A stretch of 64,000 nt of DNA from Promethearchaeota archaeon (GCA_019058445.1 JAHPZA010000006.1:672001-736000); one strand, 5' to 3'. Shown: positions 1 through 10,780, counted from the first letter of the stretch. The notes: generated by a model not told the origin, from the sequence alone. Translations and numbers: made by a program.

Positions 1-625
1 TTGCTGTAAACCACATTGAACTAAAAAGATTCGTAAATATATCAGGTTGGGCATCATGTTCTGCTATATACATAAGTAATGACCCGAAAAACATTAACAG
101 CAACGATAAAATTAAGGTAATTAATAGTTCTTCTTTTTTACGTCTGATAACGCCAAAAATTATTTCAAATGATTCAGAATACCGAATTAATTTAAGGAGC
201 GCAATTACGCGAAGTAGTCTTATACCCTCCATCCATTTGTATTCAGCAGGTATGATTAACGCTAATAAAAATAGAATAACACTTGCGAAATCAATTATAC
301 CCTTAAAGTTTATCATATATCCTAAGCTTTTCAAATTATTATCTTGGTATTTTGGATTTATATCACATGTCCAAAACCGTAATATAAATTCTATGGTAAA
401 AATTACTACTGAAATAACTTCAATTAGAATAAAAACGATGGAATATCTTAGCACTAAATCTTCATCAGTTTCTAAGATTGTTATAAGACCACTTATTAAG
501 CTAGCACATACTAGTAAAAATGCCAGAAAACGCGCTGAACCTGTTTTTGATTCGGGAAAATTTAAATTTTTAAAAATCTGCTCTTTATATTTTCGGATTC
601 TTTCCTTTTTGAGTTCTTTCGTCAT
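1..625 (-). CDS. Voltage-gated potassium channel / ion transporter (truncated by window edge; missing from ORF track)
   Basis: Manual minus-strand translation from ATG 625: MTKELKKERIRKYKEQIF...IEVISVVIFTIEFILRFW (S2)...IRLLRVIALLKLIRYS (S4)...ELLITLILSLLLMFFGSLLMYIAEHDAQPDIFTNLFSSMWFTA (S5 and pore helix). Confidence 0.9.
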   Translation of the reverse strand, partial: MTKELKKERIRKYKEQIFKNLNFPESKTGSARFLAFLLVCASLISGLITILETDEDLVLRYSIVFILIEVISVVIFTIEFILRFWTCDINPKYQDNNLKSLGYMINFKGIIDFASVILFLLALIIPAEYKWMEGIRLLRVIALLKLIRYSESFEIIFGVIRRKKEELLITLILSLLLMFFGSLLMYIAEHDAQPDIFTNLFSSMWFTA

Positions 626-845
626 AAGCTGTCATATTATGAATTATTGCTTTAACTTCAAAAAATGTTATACAAACCTAATCAAAATTATTGTTTTAAA
701 AACTTTTGAAAAGCGAAAAATTCAAAGTGTTTATAATCAAATCTATTCTTTAGGGTATTTTTGAATTTTAAAAAATTCAATACATTTTTCAATAGAGGGA
801 TCATAATGAACTTAACAGCCAATTATAAAATAAAATGAAGTAATT

Positions 846-1625
846 ATGATAACGTGGATTTTAGGATCAATTCTTATTATTTGGTGTTTATATAATAGAT
901 TCGGTAGAGAGGATGGGTATGTGAAAGGATATCCGCTTGGAATGCCAAAGGGTTCAGTACGAGCATTAATTGCTATTTCAGTGGTAGCATTTCCCTTCAG
1001 TTATTTAATTGAGGGACAAGAGATCCCGAGTGCTATTACCAGCGCGATATTCATCCTCGTTGCTTTTTATTTCGAGACACGAAAAGCTAAAAAAGAATTA
1101 CTTTTAGAACTTATAAATGACGTGAGATATCCTGAGACTCCTAAGGAAAATGTGATTTATCCTCTCTATTTGCCAAAATATTCTGTAAGAATTACACTTG
1201 TAACGATGTTGGTATTAGTATTGATTATTAATGCATATGGACCAATGGTGCCTTTTGAAACAACAAATACTTTAATGGATATTTTGTTGATAATTAGCTT
1301 TTTTATTCTTGGCTCGATTTTTAAAAGGATCAGTAATATTCGAGAAAATAAAAGAAATAAACGGCTAATTAACTTGAAATTAGCAGAAGACGCTTCAATT
1401 TCAAATGAGGGAATAATTGAATATATATCTTCTCAAGAAAAAAGTAAAATAAAGAGAAAAGGGAAAAACTGTCTTTCCGTAATAACATTAATTGCTATTT
1501 TTATTGCATTGATTTTATACACGGTTGATATTGATTATGAGATGCTAACTTTGCTATTCTATGCTTTTACTTTACGTACTACATTATTCCTATTCATAAA
1601 TATATATTATGGTTATAGAGATTAA
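846..1625 (+). CDS. Multi-pass membrane protein with internal repeat
   Basis: Several hydrophobic helices; repeated motif YPLGMPKGSVRALI / YPLYLPKYSVRITL. Confidence 0.75.
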   Translation: MITWILGSILIIWCLYNRFGREDGYVKGYPLGMPKGSVRALIAISVVAFPFSYLIEGQEIPSAITSAIFILVAFYFETRKAKKELLLELINDVRYPETPKENVIYPLYLPKYSVRITLVTMLVLVLIINAYGPMVPFETTNTLMDILLIISFFILGSIFKRISNIRENKRNKRLINLKLAEDASISNEGIIEYISSQEKSKIKRKGKNCLSVITLIAIFIALILYTVDIDYEMLTLLFYAFTLRTTLFLFINIYYGYRD

Positions 1626-1766
1626 TTCCCTTATTTTTTTTTTTTAAAAAAGCTATTTATCATTCTGAAATTGTAATAAATTATAGATAAAATATTTAAA
1701 TTAACAATTAACATATTGTTTACTTGCTATGTACTTAGCAAAAAAATCAATTTGAGGTAGACAAAA

Positions 1767-1946
1767 ATGAGAACAACTCCCCCAAAATCAATAACATTAT
1801 ATCTCTCTATTATCCTTGGAGTTATCGGGATTATCTTAGGACTTGTAGGTCTAGGAATAGGAGGAGTATTTATGCTTATTGCCTGGATAATTTTGATTGT
1901 CGCCTGGATAATACTCGTCCTAAGTGTAAAAATAGAGGGTTTATGA
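1767..1946 (+). CDS. Small two-TM membrane protein (59 aa; not in ORF track)
   Basis: GAGGT SD upstream; MRTTPPKSITLYLSIILGVIGIILGLVGLGIGGVFMLIAWIILIVAWIILVLSVKIEGL; T-tract downstream. Confidence 0.8.
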   Translation: MRTTPPKSITLYLSIILGVIGIILGLVGLGIGGVFMLIAWIILIVAWIILVLSVKIEGL

Positions 1947-2036
1947 CTCTAATTGTGGTTGGTTTTTAATTTATTCAACCTTTTTTTTTATTACTCGTTT
2001 CTTGCCATTTTAATTATATTATATAACAAAGTATGG

Positions 2037-2927
2037 TTATATTTTTGCCCCTGGAAATAATGGTTGCATAGTGAGTTCTCTTGCCATACTAATAACTTTT
2101 TCCTGTTCTTCATTATTTAGCTTTCTATAGCGTTTAACAGCATCAAATATTAATGGCCAAAGCCTTACATCACAGGGTAGCGAATAAGTTGTTACCCCTT
2201 CTTGAGACAATGTAAACCATACGGCTTGGTCTACTAAGTCTTGGGTATCTAGAGGTTCGTACCAAGTTGTATACTTGTTATCACTGCGCAGAGTTTCACT
2301 TTTCCATCTACCCTTACTAATCGCTTTTATTGCTGTAATACCAATATTCTTTTCTTGTGCCAATTTAAGCACTGGCCTGAAATCGTTTACTGGATGAGGT
2401 TTTACTAACGCACCAGCATATACAGGCATTAAAATTGTTTCAAACTCATCAGATAATTCGAGAGCTTTCTGTAAAACTCTTACATCCTCATGAGCCGTAA
2501 TGCCAATATGCTTAATTAGTCCAGTTTCTCTGGCTTCCTTAAAAGCTTCCATGGCTCCGTCTTCACCTAATATTTGATTTAATTCATCAATAGATGCTAC
2601 AGCATGAAATTGATATAAATCAAAATATTTCGCGCCTAATCGTTCTAATGACTTATGAAGTTGTCTTTGTGCTCCTCTTTTTTTTCTTTTTAAAGTTTTT
2701 TCGGCTAAAAAGAACTTATTTCTATATTTTTCAATCCATGGATTAAGCCGTACTTCTGCCTGCCCATACGTGGGAGCCACATCTATCATATTTACTCCGT
2801 TATCCATCGCAAGTCTAACAGCCTTATCTGCTTCTTCTTGATCAACATATCCAGGTCCACATCCTCCGAGAGCAACAAAAGAAACCTTTGCTCCAGTTCT
2901 TCCAAAAATACGAGTTTCCATATGCAT
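2037..2927 (-). CDS. Aldo/keto reductase
   Basis: FGRTG..VS..ALG, DVAPTYG.AE, DLYQFH, GLIKHIGITAH motifs; start probably the second Met (2921). Confidence 0.93.
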   Translation of the reverse strand: MHMETRIFGRTGAKVSFVALGGCGPGYVDQEEADKAVRLAMDNGVNMIDVAPTYGQAEVRLNPWIEKYRNKFFLAEKTLKRKKRGAQRQLHKSLERLGAKYFDLYQFHAVASIDELNQILGEDGAMEAFKEARETGLIKHIGITAHEDVRVLQKALELSDEFETILMPVYAGALVKPHPVNDFRPVLKLAQEKNIGITAIKAISKGRWKSETLRSDNKYTTWYEPLDTQDLVDQAVWFTLSQEGVTTYSLPCDVRLWPLIFDAVKRYRKLNNEEQEKVISMARELTMQPLFPGAKI

Positions 2928-3250
2928 CCCTTTTTTTGTTTATTTTAAATCTTAATAATTGAATCTTTATTTTTTAGCTTTTTAAAAATATCTTTAATAA
3001 TTGTGAGGTTAGAATTTTTTTAAGTGCTTTGGGCTCTTTAATGAGTCAGTCTTTCAGAGGATACTAATTATTCTGCAGCAAAATATTAAGAAAATTATGG
3101 AATATTAATAACTTTGAATTGAAAAAATTAAAAAAAAATATGGAAGTTATTCTATTTTTCTGATCATTTACAGAAATGTCAAAAGATCACATTAGAGTTA
3201 AATATGCATTAATCATAATTAATTCTGATAATTAACGAAAATTAGTTATC

Positions 3251-3363
3251 AAAGAGGAAGAGAAAGAGGAAATCAATCCTAATCAAAAATAATAATGAGA
3301 ATTAAACATTAAAATGTTTAATAAAGGGCGAAATCCAATGTTCGATAGGATTGAAATTTCCTC
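3251..3363 (-). ncRNA. Putative structured ncRNA, copy A of a 3-copy motif
   Basis: Outer stem 3346-3363/3266-3281, core ATTGGATTTCGCCCT (3325-3339, minus strand), inner hairpin ATTAAACAT/ATGTTTAAT, TATA-like box at 3388-3395, pyrimidine tail. Confidence 0.6.
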
Positions 3364-3605
3364 CAATGCTTATTATATATTTTCATGTATAAAAATGTTT
3401 ACTTTAGTTACACATAGTTAAATTATCAAATATAAGGGAAATCATAATATAGTAAAAAATTAAGATTAAAAATTTATCAAACTCAGACTAAACAAATTAT
3501 TTAGAAAGTTAAAAGCTTAAAAATTAAGATCAATAGAAATTGATTAATCAAATGACTATCTAATTTAAAAATTAAAAAAAAATAAATAAAAAAAAGTAGA
3601 AGTGA

Positions 3606-3986
3606 TTATTCAATCGCTACATCCACAGAGGTCATTTCAACTTCTTTATTTGGTACATGGATCCTCAGTAATCCATTCTTGTACGAACTAGTCGCTTTCT
3701 CATGTTCTACGGGGCAGCATAAGGTATAATACCCTACGTATCTAATTCTATCTGTATCCCCGGCAACAAAGAAGGTATCTTCAGACATTTTAAGCTTAAT
3801 TGTGTCCTTTTCTACTCCGGGAAGATATACTTCTATTTCATAGCCAGTATCCTCTTCATTGATCCATGAGCACATCTGGGGAGTAAGTACAGTTCTTTGT
3901 GGCTCCTCTTCTACTTTTTTTATTTCTGAAGGTGTTTCTTCTGCTTTTTCAATTTCTACCTCATCTTTTGTTTCAATATCACTCAT
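3606..3986 (-). CDS. Small heat shock protein (Hsp20/alpha-crystallin)
   Basis: EVYLPGVEKDTIKL and ATSSYKNGLLRIHVP motifs. Confidence 0.9.
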   Translation of the reverse strand: MSDIETKDEVEIEKAEETPSEIKKVEEEPQRTVLTPQMCSWINEEDTGYEIEVYLPGVEKDTIKLKMSEDTFFVAGDTDRIRYVGYYTLCCPVEHEKATSSYKNGLLRIHVPNKEVEMTSVDVAIE

Positions 3987-4307
3987 TTTTGATCAACTTG
4001 GATTTTTTATTAAGTATATAACTCTAAATTTGTGAAAAAAATATAGAAATTTCTATTTATGCGTGATAAAACATTAAATAGAAGATTAAATTCACTTTCC
4101 AATTTTAATTGCATCCTACAATTGATTTACAAAATATAAAACTTCTCGCAGAAATGAATCTTTGAGACCCAAGGATTTATAATTTTTAATTCTCCAAAAT
4201 AATATTTTTTAAGAAAAACAAGAAAATCAGCGGGCTTTCATTTTTTATATATATCTCCTCTTTAATTAGTATTACATATTCAATAGATAATTACTGGTGA
4301 GACATGA

Positions 4308-4742
4308 TTGGAATGCTCAGAAATCTCAAAGATTTGGAATAACTACAATATAAGTTATGATCCGCTCTTAGATGATGTTTTGTCCAATCACTCAAAATTT
4401 AAGATCAATAACAAAGAAAAAAATTATGCAAAATGTGGAGATTACTTAAAACTTGGTGAAAAAAACATTTGGCTTCAATTTCATTATGAAAATTTCACAC
4501 GCTGTAGGCTTGTTGCCTATATTGAGGGAGAAAAATTTAAGATTTGGAGCATTGTAAGTACTCCAAAAAAGATTGGGCTTGGTAGCAGAACTTTGGAGTT
4601 CCTAAACCAGATGTTTCTTGATTCAGGATGCAAATTGAAGCTTTTTATCGTGGATGTATGGCCCGTGGCAAAAGGTTTTTGGGATAAGATGAAACAAAGA
4701 AGCCTTATTACGGATTATGAAGTTAGTGAATGCCATATCTAA
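4308..4742 (+). CDS. Hypothetical protein, possibly GNAT-like fold
   Basis: SIVSTPKKIGLGSRTL and VAKGFWDKM resemble GNAT motifs A and B. Confidence 0.5.
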   Translation: MECSEISKIWNNYNISYDPLLDDVLSNHSKFKINNKEKNYAKCGDYLKLGEKNIWLQFHYENFTRCRLVAYIEGEKFKIWSIVSTPKKIGLGSRTLEFLNQMFLDSGCKLKLFIVDVWPVAKGFWDKMKQRSLITDYEVSECHI

Positions 4743-4765
4743 TTTTTTCTCTAAAAGACGAATAA

Positions 4766-5890
4766 TCAAGGACGTAAGGAATCTAAATATACATCCAAAT
4801 CTTTTATCTCATTGAATATAGGTAAATTTAGCTCTTTTTGGCTATATAATTGCATTATCCTCTTCTCTAAATTGTTAGTTGCTTCTTGAAGTCCAGAAAA
4901 ATCTCTATTAGAAATAAATGTTGTTAGATCAGATAGATTTAAATCATGATAGTTTTCTTCTACTTCATGAAAAAGGTTAAAATCGTAGGTACTAATGAGA
5001 TCTCCTTTATTTTGAGCAATGATTTCTGAGATCCAAATTTGTAATTCGGTGGCTGCATAACTAGCTAATAGGATATCCCTTTTATCACAAGCAGCATATA
5101 TCTTGTTAAAATATTCTTTCATATGTACTAGGACGTTTTTATTCAATATCTTTCGATTAGTTTTAATACTTTGTTGCTGACTTCTAATAAGCTTTCGAAT
5201 CTCTAACATAAGAGTTCTTCCAGTTGATAGTAATTTATCAAAATCATTAGAACTAACAAGGATTCTAATCATATTATCCAAATTTTTAGGTATGATGGGA
5301 AGTTGAAATACTTTTTGTAGATTTGAACCCTAATTTTTGGAATAATACACATTATTCAGCCATGATAAAGTAGCACAGATATTATTGATTAATCCCCATA
5401 AAGCCCACCGTGCAGTTAAAATATCATTCTTCACTTTGGCTAATTTTACTCGTTCAATGGAATAATCCATATTAAATTGACTCATTGCCCGCATAAAATT
5501 TCCTTCAGTATCTTCTTTTATCTTCTGAATTGATTTTTTTAATGAATTGAATCTTTCTAGATCTTGTTCATTTCTATAATAAAGAACTTTACAGTTCACA
5601 AAAATGTGGGCTGCAACACACCAGATTTTTAATTTATCTTTTTTAGCTGAAGCAATCTCTTCAGCTTCTTCCCAATCCATGGACCAAATGTCCACTGCCT
5701 TATCCTGAAAAATAAAGCTCCATTTCATTTGATTTTCTAAGCTAGTGATAGCATACATATCTAAATCAGAATAATCAGATTGTTTGCCTGTAGCTATAGA
5801 ACCATAAATAGCAATAATGGATATCTTTATACCATATTGCTCCACTACTCGTTTTGCGATTAATTCAGCTAATTCGTTTAAACTAGACAC
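4766..5890 (-). pseudogene. Kanamycin-nucleotidyltransferase-like protein interrupted by one in-frame TAG
   Basis: YGS.ATG....SDLDM pol-beta NTase motif; the two track ORFs share a frame: YYSKN*GSNLQKVFQLPIIPKNLDNMIR, TAG at 5330-5332. Confidence 0.8.
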
Positions 5891-6045
5891 ACTACTCCCT
5901 TTTCAAATTTTTTGAGATAATAATTATCTAAAATCAGTTTTAATTTATTTATATCTCTAATTATTGTCCAATCAACAAGAATCCCTTTTTAATTATTTTC
6001 TATAAACTGACTTAAAGAAATTTTAGATTTTATTTGTTTATCTTT

Positions 6046-6876
6046 TCATGAGAAAATATATTTATCAAGCCAATATTTCTCATTAAACATAAATATGGCA
6101 TCGGCGGAGCTTACAAACTTTAATGATCTTAAAACATCAAATAGTAAGTAAAGTCCAAAATTTTCTCGGAATTTTCTTATAAGGATTCCTAATGTGAGTC
6201 CGTTGGGAGATAGCTTCCTTAATTCGTCGGGATTTCTACTTTGATAGGAATTAAAGGCATTTATGAAGTTAATTACCTCAGATGTACATAATTCCTTTAA
6301 GTTTTTATCTTTAAACCGAGCCAATTTAAATCCTTTATGTCTAAACAGTATCAATTCCAAAGAATGAACTTCATTATAAACCACACTTCTCTTATTCTTT
6401 GATTTTTTAAAATATTTCGCGCCAAAGCTACTAATCTTGTTCTCAAAATAAGGTGTAAAGTGTAAGGCATATAAAGGGGCCAATAATCCCTCTTTTGCAG
6501 CGTTCATATAATATACGCGACCTTGATAGATTTCATGTAAATAATTTTCAGCTGAAGAAGTATATACCCAATCTTCATTTTTTGGTTTTCTGTCAAATCC
6601 CTTCCCCTCAAGTACCCACAATACGAAATCTCCTTCCTGATTATATTCTTTTGTACGCTGAATTATTTCTGAGCTGCTGATCTTTGAATGTTGAATTTCA
6701 ATGACAATTTTTTTACCATTTTTTAACTCAACATAAATATCAGCTATTCTATTTCCAATTTTTATTTCTTGCTGAATGTTATTTATCTCATTATATACTG
6801 AAAGATTGTCATAAAAGAATTTCTTAAGTACAAGGTGATTTATTGTTTCTGAATGTTTTACATCCTCTAAAGTCAT
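6046..6876 (-). CDS. CoiA-like PD-(D/E)xK nuclease family protein
   Basis: HSETINHL; RIADIYV...IVIEIQHSKIS...RTKEY...VLWV. Confidence 0.8.
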   Translation of the reverse strand: MTLEDVKHSETINHLVLKKFFYDNLSVYNEINNIQQEIKIGNRIADIYVELKNGKKIVIEIQHSKISSSEIIQRTKEYNQEGDFVLWVLEGKGFDRKPKNEDWVYTSSAENYLHEIYQGRVYYMNAAKEGLLAPLYALHFTPYFENKISSFGAKYFKKSKNKRSVVYNEVHSLELILFRHKGFKLARFKDKNLKELCTSEVINFINAFNSYQSRNPDELRKLSPNGLTLGILIRKFRENFGLYLLFDVLRSLKFVSSADAIFMFNEKYWLDKYIFS

Positions 6877-7024
6877 ATCTATTAATTCATTCTAATAACA
6901 ATTTTTTAAACTCACTGGTTTTATTAATGAGAATAAAAAAAGAAAAAATATTTACAGCTCTGCTTGAGTGGTGTATCTTCAGCTAGGGAGAACCTTCACC
7001 GCTTCTGTCGAAAATACCTAGAAT

Positions 7025-7132
7025 TTAGGGCTTTAATCCAGGTATAGATACACCTGCCTGCGACATTGATAAACCTAGTGAAAGAACAATGAGTAAAGCA
7101 AGAGCAGAAATCACGCGCTTATTTGCGTTCAC
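7025..7132 (-). CDS. 35-aa peptide with signal-peptide/TM character (not in ORF track)
   Basis: GTG start, GAGGT SD (7142-7146), TTTAAATA box (7204-7211); MNANKRVISALALLIVLSLGLSMSQAGVSIPGLKP. Confidence 0.65.
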   Translation of the reverse strand: MNANKRVISALALLIVLSLGLSMSQAGVSIPGLKP

Positions 7133-7252
7133 TTGATCTCTACCTCTGTTCTTAACGTATGGTTTTTTGTAGTAAAGTTCGTCTATTTTAATTAAAATAA
7201 AATTATTTAAACTCCTCCAAATAAAATCTGAACAGCAATTTAGCAGTTATGT

Positions 7253-7519
7253 TTATGCTATTAATGATAGACCTTGAACGTGGGGTGATTGATGATATTT
7301 CTTGTAATACGCTTCTTGAAATAAGTGATCCTTAATTTCATTTCTTAATGATTGATATCCCCTTCCTTTTAACACGGCTCTTATCTTTTTAGTAAGAAGA
7401 ATTTTGTTATTCATTGAAATTTCGTAAATAAATATCACATAAAAATTGGTTTTCTCCACTTTGTAAATATCTGCTACCATATGATCGAATACAGCTCTTA
7501 GAGTCTCCTTATATTCCAT
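7253..7519 (-). CDS. Hypothetical protein (probable start MEYKETL)
   Basis: ORF track; internal ATG preceded by GGAG. Confidence 0.5.
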   Translation of the reverse strand: MEYKETLRAVFDHMVADIYKVEKTNFYVIFIYEISMNNKILLTKKIRAVLKGRGYQSLRNEIKDHLFQEAYYKKYHQSPHVQGLSLIA

Positions 7520-7777
7520 TTTCTGTCTCCAAAACCAATTAATATTGAACTTTATAAAGAAAAAATTTATTGTTAGGAAAAAATTCCCGTTTTTTCTAAA
7601 TAGTCCCATACTATAACTATAAATAGTATAAGAGTAAAGATTCCAAAACCTACAATTAATGTTTTTTCAACTAATACTGCCACAAAAAGAATTTTGTATC
7701 TAAAAATTTAAAGTTCTAAAGTTTATTCAAGTAATGCTCTTAACTAAGTTCTACATAAAACCCAAAATAAGCTACTT

Positions 7778-8098
7778 TTAATTTTTATATAGTTTATTTT
7801 CGTTAATCTTATTATATTCTTTAAAATTTTCTATGTATTCTTCAACACAGTTAGAGCAAATGGTTACAATGTTGTTAGGATCAAAATTATATTCCGGAAA
7901 TTTTTGAGGAGCTTTTTTATGGATAAAGCACATGAATCCGCTTTGATGGCTATGAAAATGCAAAAATATTTGCAAATCTCTTTCATCTCCAAATGGTCTA
8001 TGCCTGTTAAACTCTTTTACTAATTTCCTTCTGTATTTTATGATATCTTTTACGTTATAGTTGTCAATTTCCTTCTCGGTCATCGTGCGTTTTACCAT
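7778..8098 (-). CDS. Hypothetical protein with degenerate HNH-like motif
   Basis: FIHKKAPQKFPEYNFDPNNIVTICSNC resembles the HNH H..P....PE...D..NL..LC..CH pattern. Confidence 0.5.
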   Translation of the reverse strand: MVKRTMTEKEIDNYNVKDIIKYRRKLVKEFNRHRPFGDERDLQIFLHFHSHQSGFMCFIHKKAPQKFPEYNFDPNNIVTICSNCVEEYIENFKEYNKINENKLYKN

Positions 8099-8243
8099 AT
8101 AGTTTTATTTATTTCAAAATAAAAATCTTCTTTTTACATTTTATAAATAGAAAAGTGATTTACCTCAAAAATTTAAGGAAATGCTTAAGAACTTTTGATT
8201 TCATAATAAGAAAATTTATTTACCCATCACAATAAAGAACAAT

Positions 8244-8495
8244 ATGGATAAAGATAGATATAAAGGCAAACCTGCGATTGAAAAATTTAAGAATGACATG
8301 GGATTTGAAGATTGCTCTATAACTAAAAACCATATAGAAGAGAGTGGTTTTGTTCATAAAAATATTATTCATAAAATTGAAATGGAGTGTTCTAACTTCT
8401 ATGAGGACAAATTTAAATGTTCAACCTCAATAAAATCTGATAATGATGAAATTATCAAGTCTAATTGTGATAAACAAGATTTTCAAGAAGACTAA
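8244..8495 (+). CDS. Small hypothetical protein (4 Cys)
   Basis: ORF track. Confidence 0.5.
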   Translation: MDKDRYKGKPAIEKFKNDMGFEDCSITKNHIEESGFVHKNIIHKIEMECSNFYEDKFKCSTSIKSDNDEIIKSNCDKQDFQED

Positions 8496-8567
8496 ATTTA
8501 AGATTAAAATAAAAAGAGTGTAATTAAAAAAAAATATTTTGTAGATTACCTTAATATTTTATTTTTC

Positions 8568-9470
8568 TTAATAAACTTCTATAGTTTCCCGTGTATAAGG
8601 TTTGTTTTGTTTGAATGCCTCAAGAATTCCATTCATTCTATTTTTTACCATTCTCTTCCATATAAAGCTTGTATCAGTAAATATGTAGAAGGCCTCATCC
8701 TTAATTGCTTCAAATACAATATCTCCAGCTTTATCTGGTGATAATCCTTCTTCAAGGGTTCTGTAAAAAGTCTCAAAATATGACTTATATTTTGGATGAG
8801 TCTCTAACCATTCTTTGTTTGCTGTTTCTTGGTCAATATCGCGATCACGTAATTCTGCCGGACGATTTCGAAAAGAATTTGTTGCAATGTTGGTATTTAC
8901 AAACCCGGGACAAAGAACTGACACTTTTATTTTTGTATTTTCATTTTTCAACTCACCCAATAATGTTTCTGAAAGCGCTACTACACCGAATTTAGTAATA
9001 TTATATATTCCGCTTAAAGGCTCCGCTAGATGACCTGCCATAGATGATGTGTTGACAATGTGACATTCATTATCTTGATTTAGCATAATTGGAACAAATA
9101 CTCTAATTCCATGAATGACTCCCCATAAATTTACTCCCATAACATATTTCCAATCGTTTAGAGTGGACTCCCAAAGAAGTCCTCCCCCGCCTACGCCCGC
9201 GTTATTACATAATATACGAACCTCCCCAAAAGTTTCAAGTGTTTTCTGAGCTAAAGCTTCAACATTTTCGGGTTTTGAAACATCTGTTAACACTGGCAGA
9301 ACAAGCCCTCCTAATTTCTTGAGTTCTTTTTCTGCCCTCTCTAAAGCATGTACGTCAATATCGGCTATAACTACTTTCATTTCCTCTTTAACAGCCCTTT
9401 TAGCTATTCCAAGTCCAATTCCATTTGCGCCGCCAGTGATAACAACTACCTTATCTTTAAAATCTTTCAA
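8568..9470 (-). CDS. Short-chain dehydrogenase/reductase
   Basis: TGGANGIG, NNAG, catalytic YNITK. Confidence 0.95.
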   Translation of the reverse strand: MKDFKDKVVVITGGANGIGLGIAKRAVKEEMKVVIADIDVHALERAEKELKKLGGLVLPVLTDVSKPENVEALAQKTLETFGEVRILCNNAGVGGGGLLWESTLNDWKYVMGVNLWGVIHGIRVFVPIMLNQDNECHIVNTSSMAGHLAEPLSGIYNITKFGVVALSETLLGELKNENTKIKVSVLCPGFVNTNIATNSFRNRPAELRDRDIDQETANKEWLETHPKYKSYFETFYRTLEEGLSPDKAGDIVFEAIKDEAFYIFTDTSFIWKRMVKNRMNGILEAFKQNKPYTRETIEVY

Positions 9471-9756
9471 GTTTTTCTAACCTCGATTTAAAAGTTTTTA
9501 AATTTTGGATTGAGCAATAACAAAAATTGATATTCTTATATTTAACTTTTTTGTCAAAAATAAATCTCATATTATAAATTAAAAAAAGTTATTGAATCAA
9601 AATTTAAGGATAAACGATAAAATTCTCAGTGAATCACTATTTATTCTTTGACTGTTTCTTATTAAAAAAAAAGATATTGAAAAAAATAATCTCAGTCTTT
9701 TGATTTAAATAATCTTGTGATTTTTTGTTTAAATAAAATTAGCTAAAAATACTATC

Positions 9757-10044
9757 ATGACTAAATTAATTTGTAAAATTCTCTATACTCCAGCACAGAC
9801 GAGTAATGCGATAGAAATTATTGGCGAAGTGGATAAGGAGCATCTGATTTCAGAACAATGTGAATTGATCGCCGTAGAACATAAAAGATATTTAAATAAT
9901 CAGCCAATTTCCCATAAATCTTTTATATCCAAAAGAGAAATTATTAAAATTTTGGTATTCAAAGAATCAATGCGGTTTGTACTAAATAAAGAAAATTTGT
10001 CATGGAATTCTCATGTCGAACCATTTGTAGGAGCAAAAACGTAA
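9757..10044 (+). CDS. Hypothetical protein
   Basis: ORF track. Confidence 0.55.
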   Translation: MTKLICKILYTPAQTSNAIEIIGEVDKEHLISEQCELIAVEHKRYLNNQPISHKSFISKREIIKILVFKESMRFVLNKENLSWNSHVEPFVGAKT

Positions 10045-10207
10045 AAATTTACGAGTTTTTTAACTTTTTGATCAAATTTGAAGCCATTAATCAAAAACAG
10101 ATTTCTTTTTTCTTACTTCTTTCTGCAAAAAGATGTGAAAAGTAAGTAAGTTTAAGATTCATATTACATTTTTGGATTCAATTAAGAGACCAATTAGAGT
10201 TGATTAG

Positions 10208-10780
10208 ATGCTAAGAAATGTTGTTAATATTAGCGTGTACAGAAAAGTTATCCTAAAGGATGGAAGAGTAATAATACTCAAGAGAATGAACCAAGAAGAT
10301 TATAAAAAGGGCATGAATTATGAATATGTACATAACTGGTTAGCTCAAGTAAGTAAGTATTTATTATATGATTTCCAAGAGGAAGACATGGACTGGGATA
10401 AGCAGCAATTTTTAACATCATTAAATAATGCGGAAAACATCATTTTAGGGGGAATTTATAATGAAAAGATTATTGCACATGCTAAACTTAATGTGAATAT
10501 ATTATCTCCAAGGGAGAAGCATGTAGGATACTGGGCTGTTATGATTCATCCTAAGTTCCAGAATAATGGTTTAGGCACACATCTTCTCAATTGTATAGAA
10601 ATAATTGCCAAAAAGATTGGACTAAAACGTTTAGAAGCTGAATTTATAGAGGAAAACTCTTCAGCAAAAGCATTATATCTCCGAAAATTGGGTTATACTA
10701 TTGAAGGTCGCAAAAAAAGGGCATTTAAGCTTCCAAATGGCACCTATGTAGATAAGGCAGTTATTGGGAAAATATTATAA
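10208..10780 (+). CDS. GNAT N-acetyltransferase
   Basis: IHPKFQNNGLGT; ENSSAKALY.RKLGY. Confidence 0.9.
   Translation: MLRNVVNISVYRKVILKDGRVIILKRMNQEDYKKGMNYEYVHNWLAQVSKYLLYDFQEEDMDWDKQQFLTSLNNAENIILGGIYNEKIIAHAKLNVNILSPREKHVGYWAVMIHPKFQNNGLGTHLLNCIEIIAKKIGLKRLEAEFIEENSSAKALYLRKLGYTIEGRKKRAFKLPNGTYVDKAVIGKIL

Noticed and set aside
237-764. 175-aa plus-strand ORF in the track
   Set aside because: Antisense shadow of the potassium channel gene
3325-3339. Repeat core considered as a hammerhead/HDV ribozyme or rRNA guide
   Set aside because: No CUGANGA core or HDV pseudoknot order, no C/D or ACA boxes, and only loose resemblance to large-subunit rRNA
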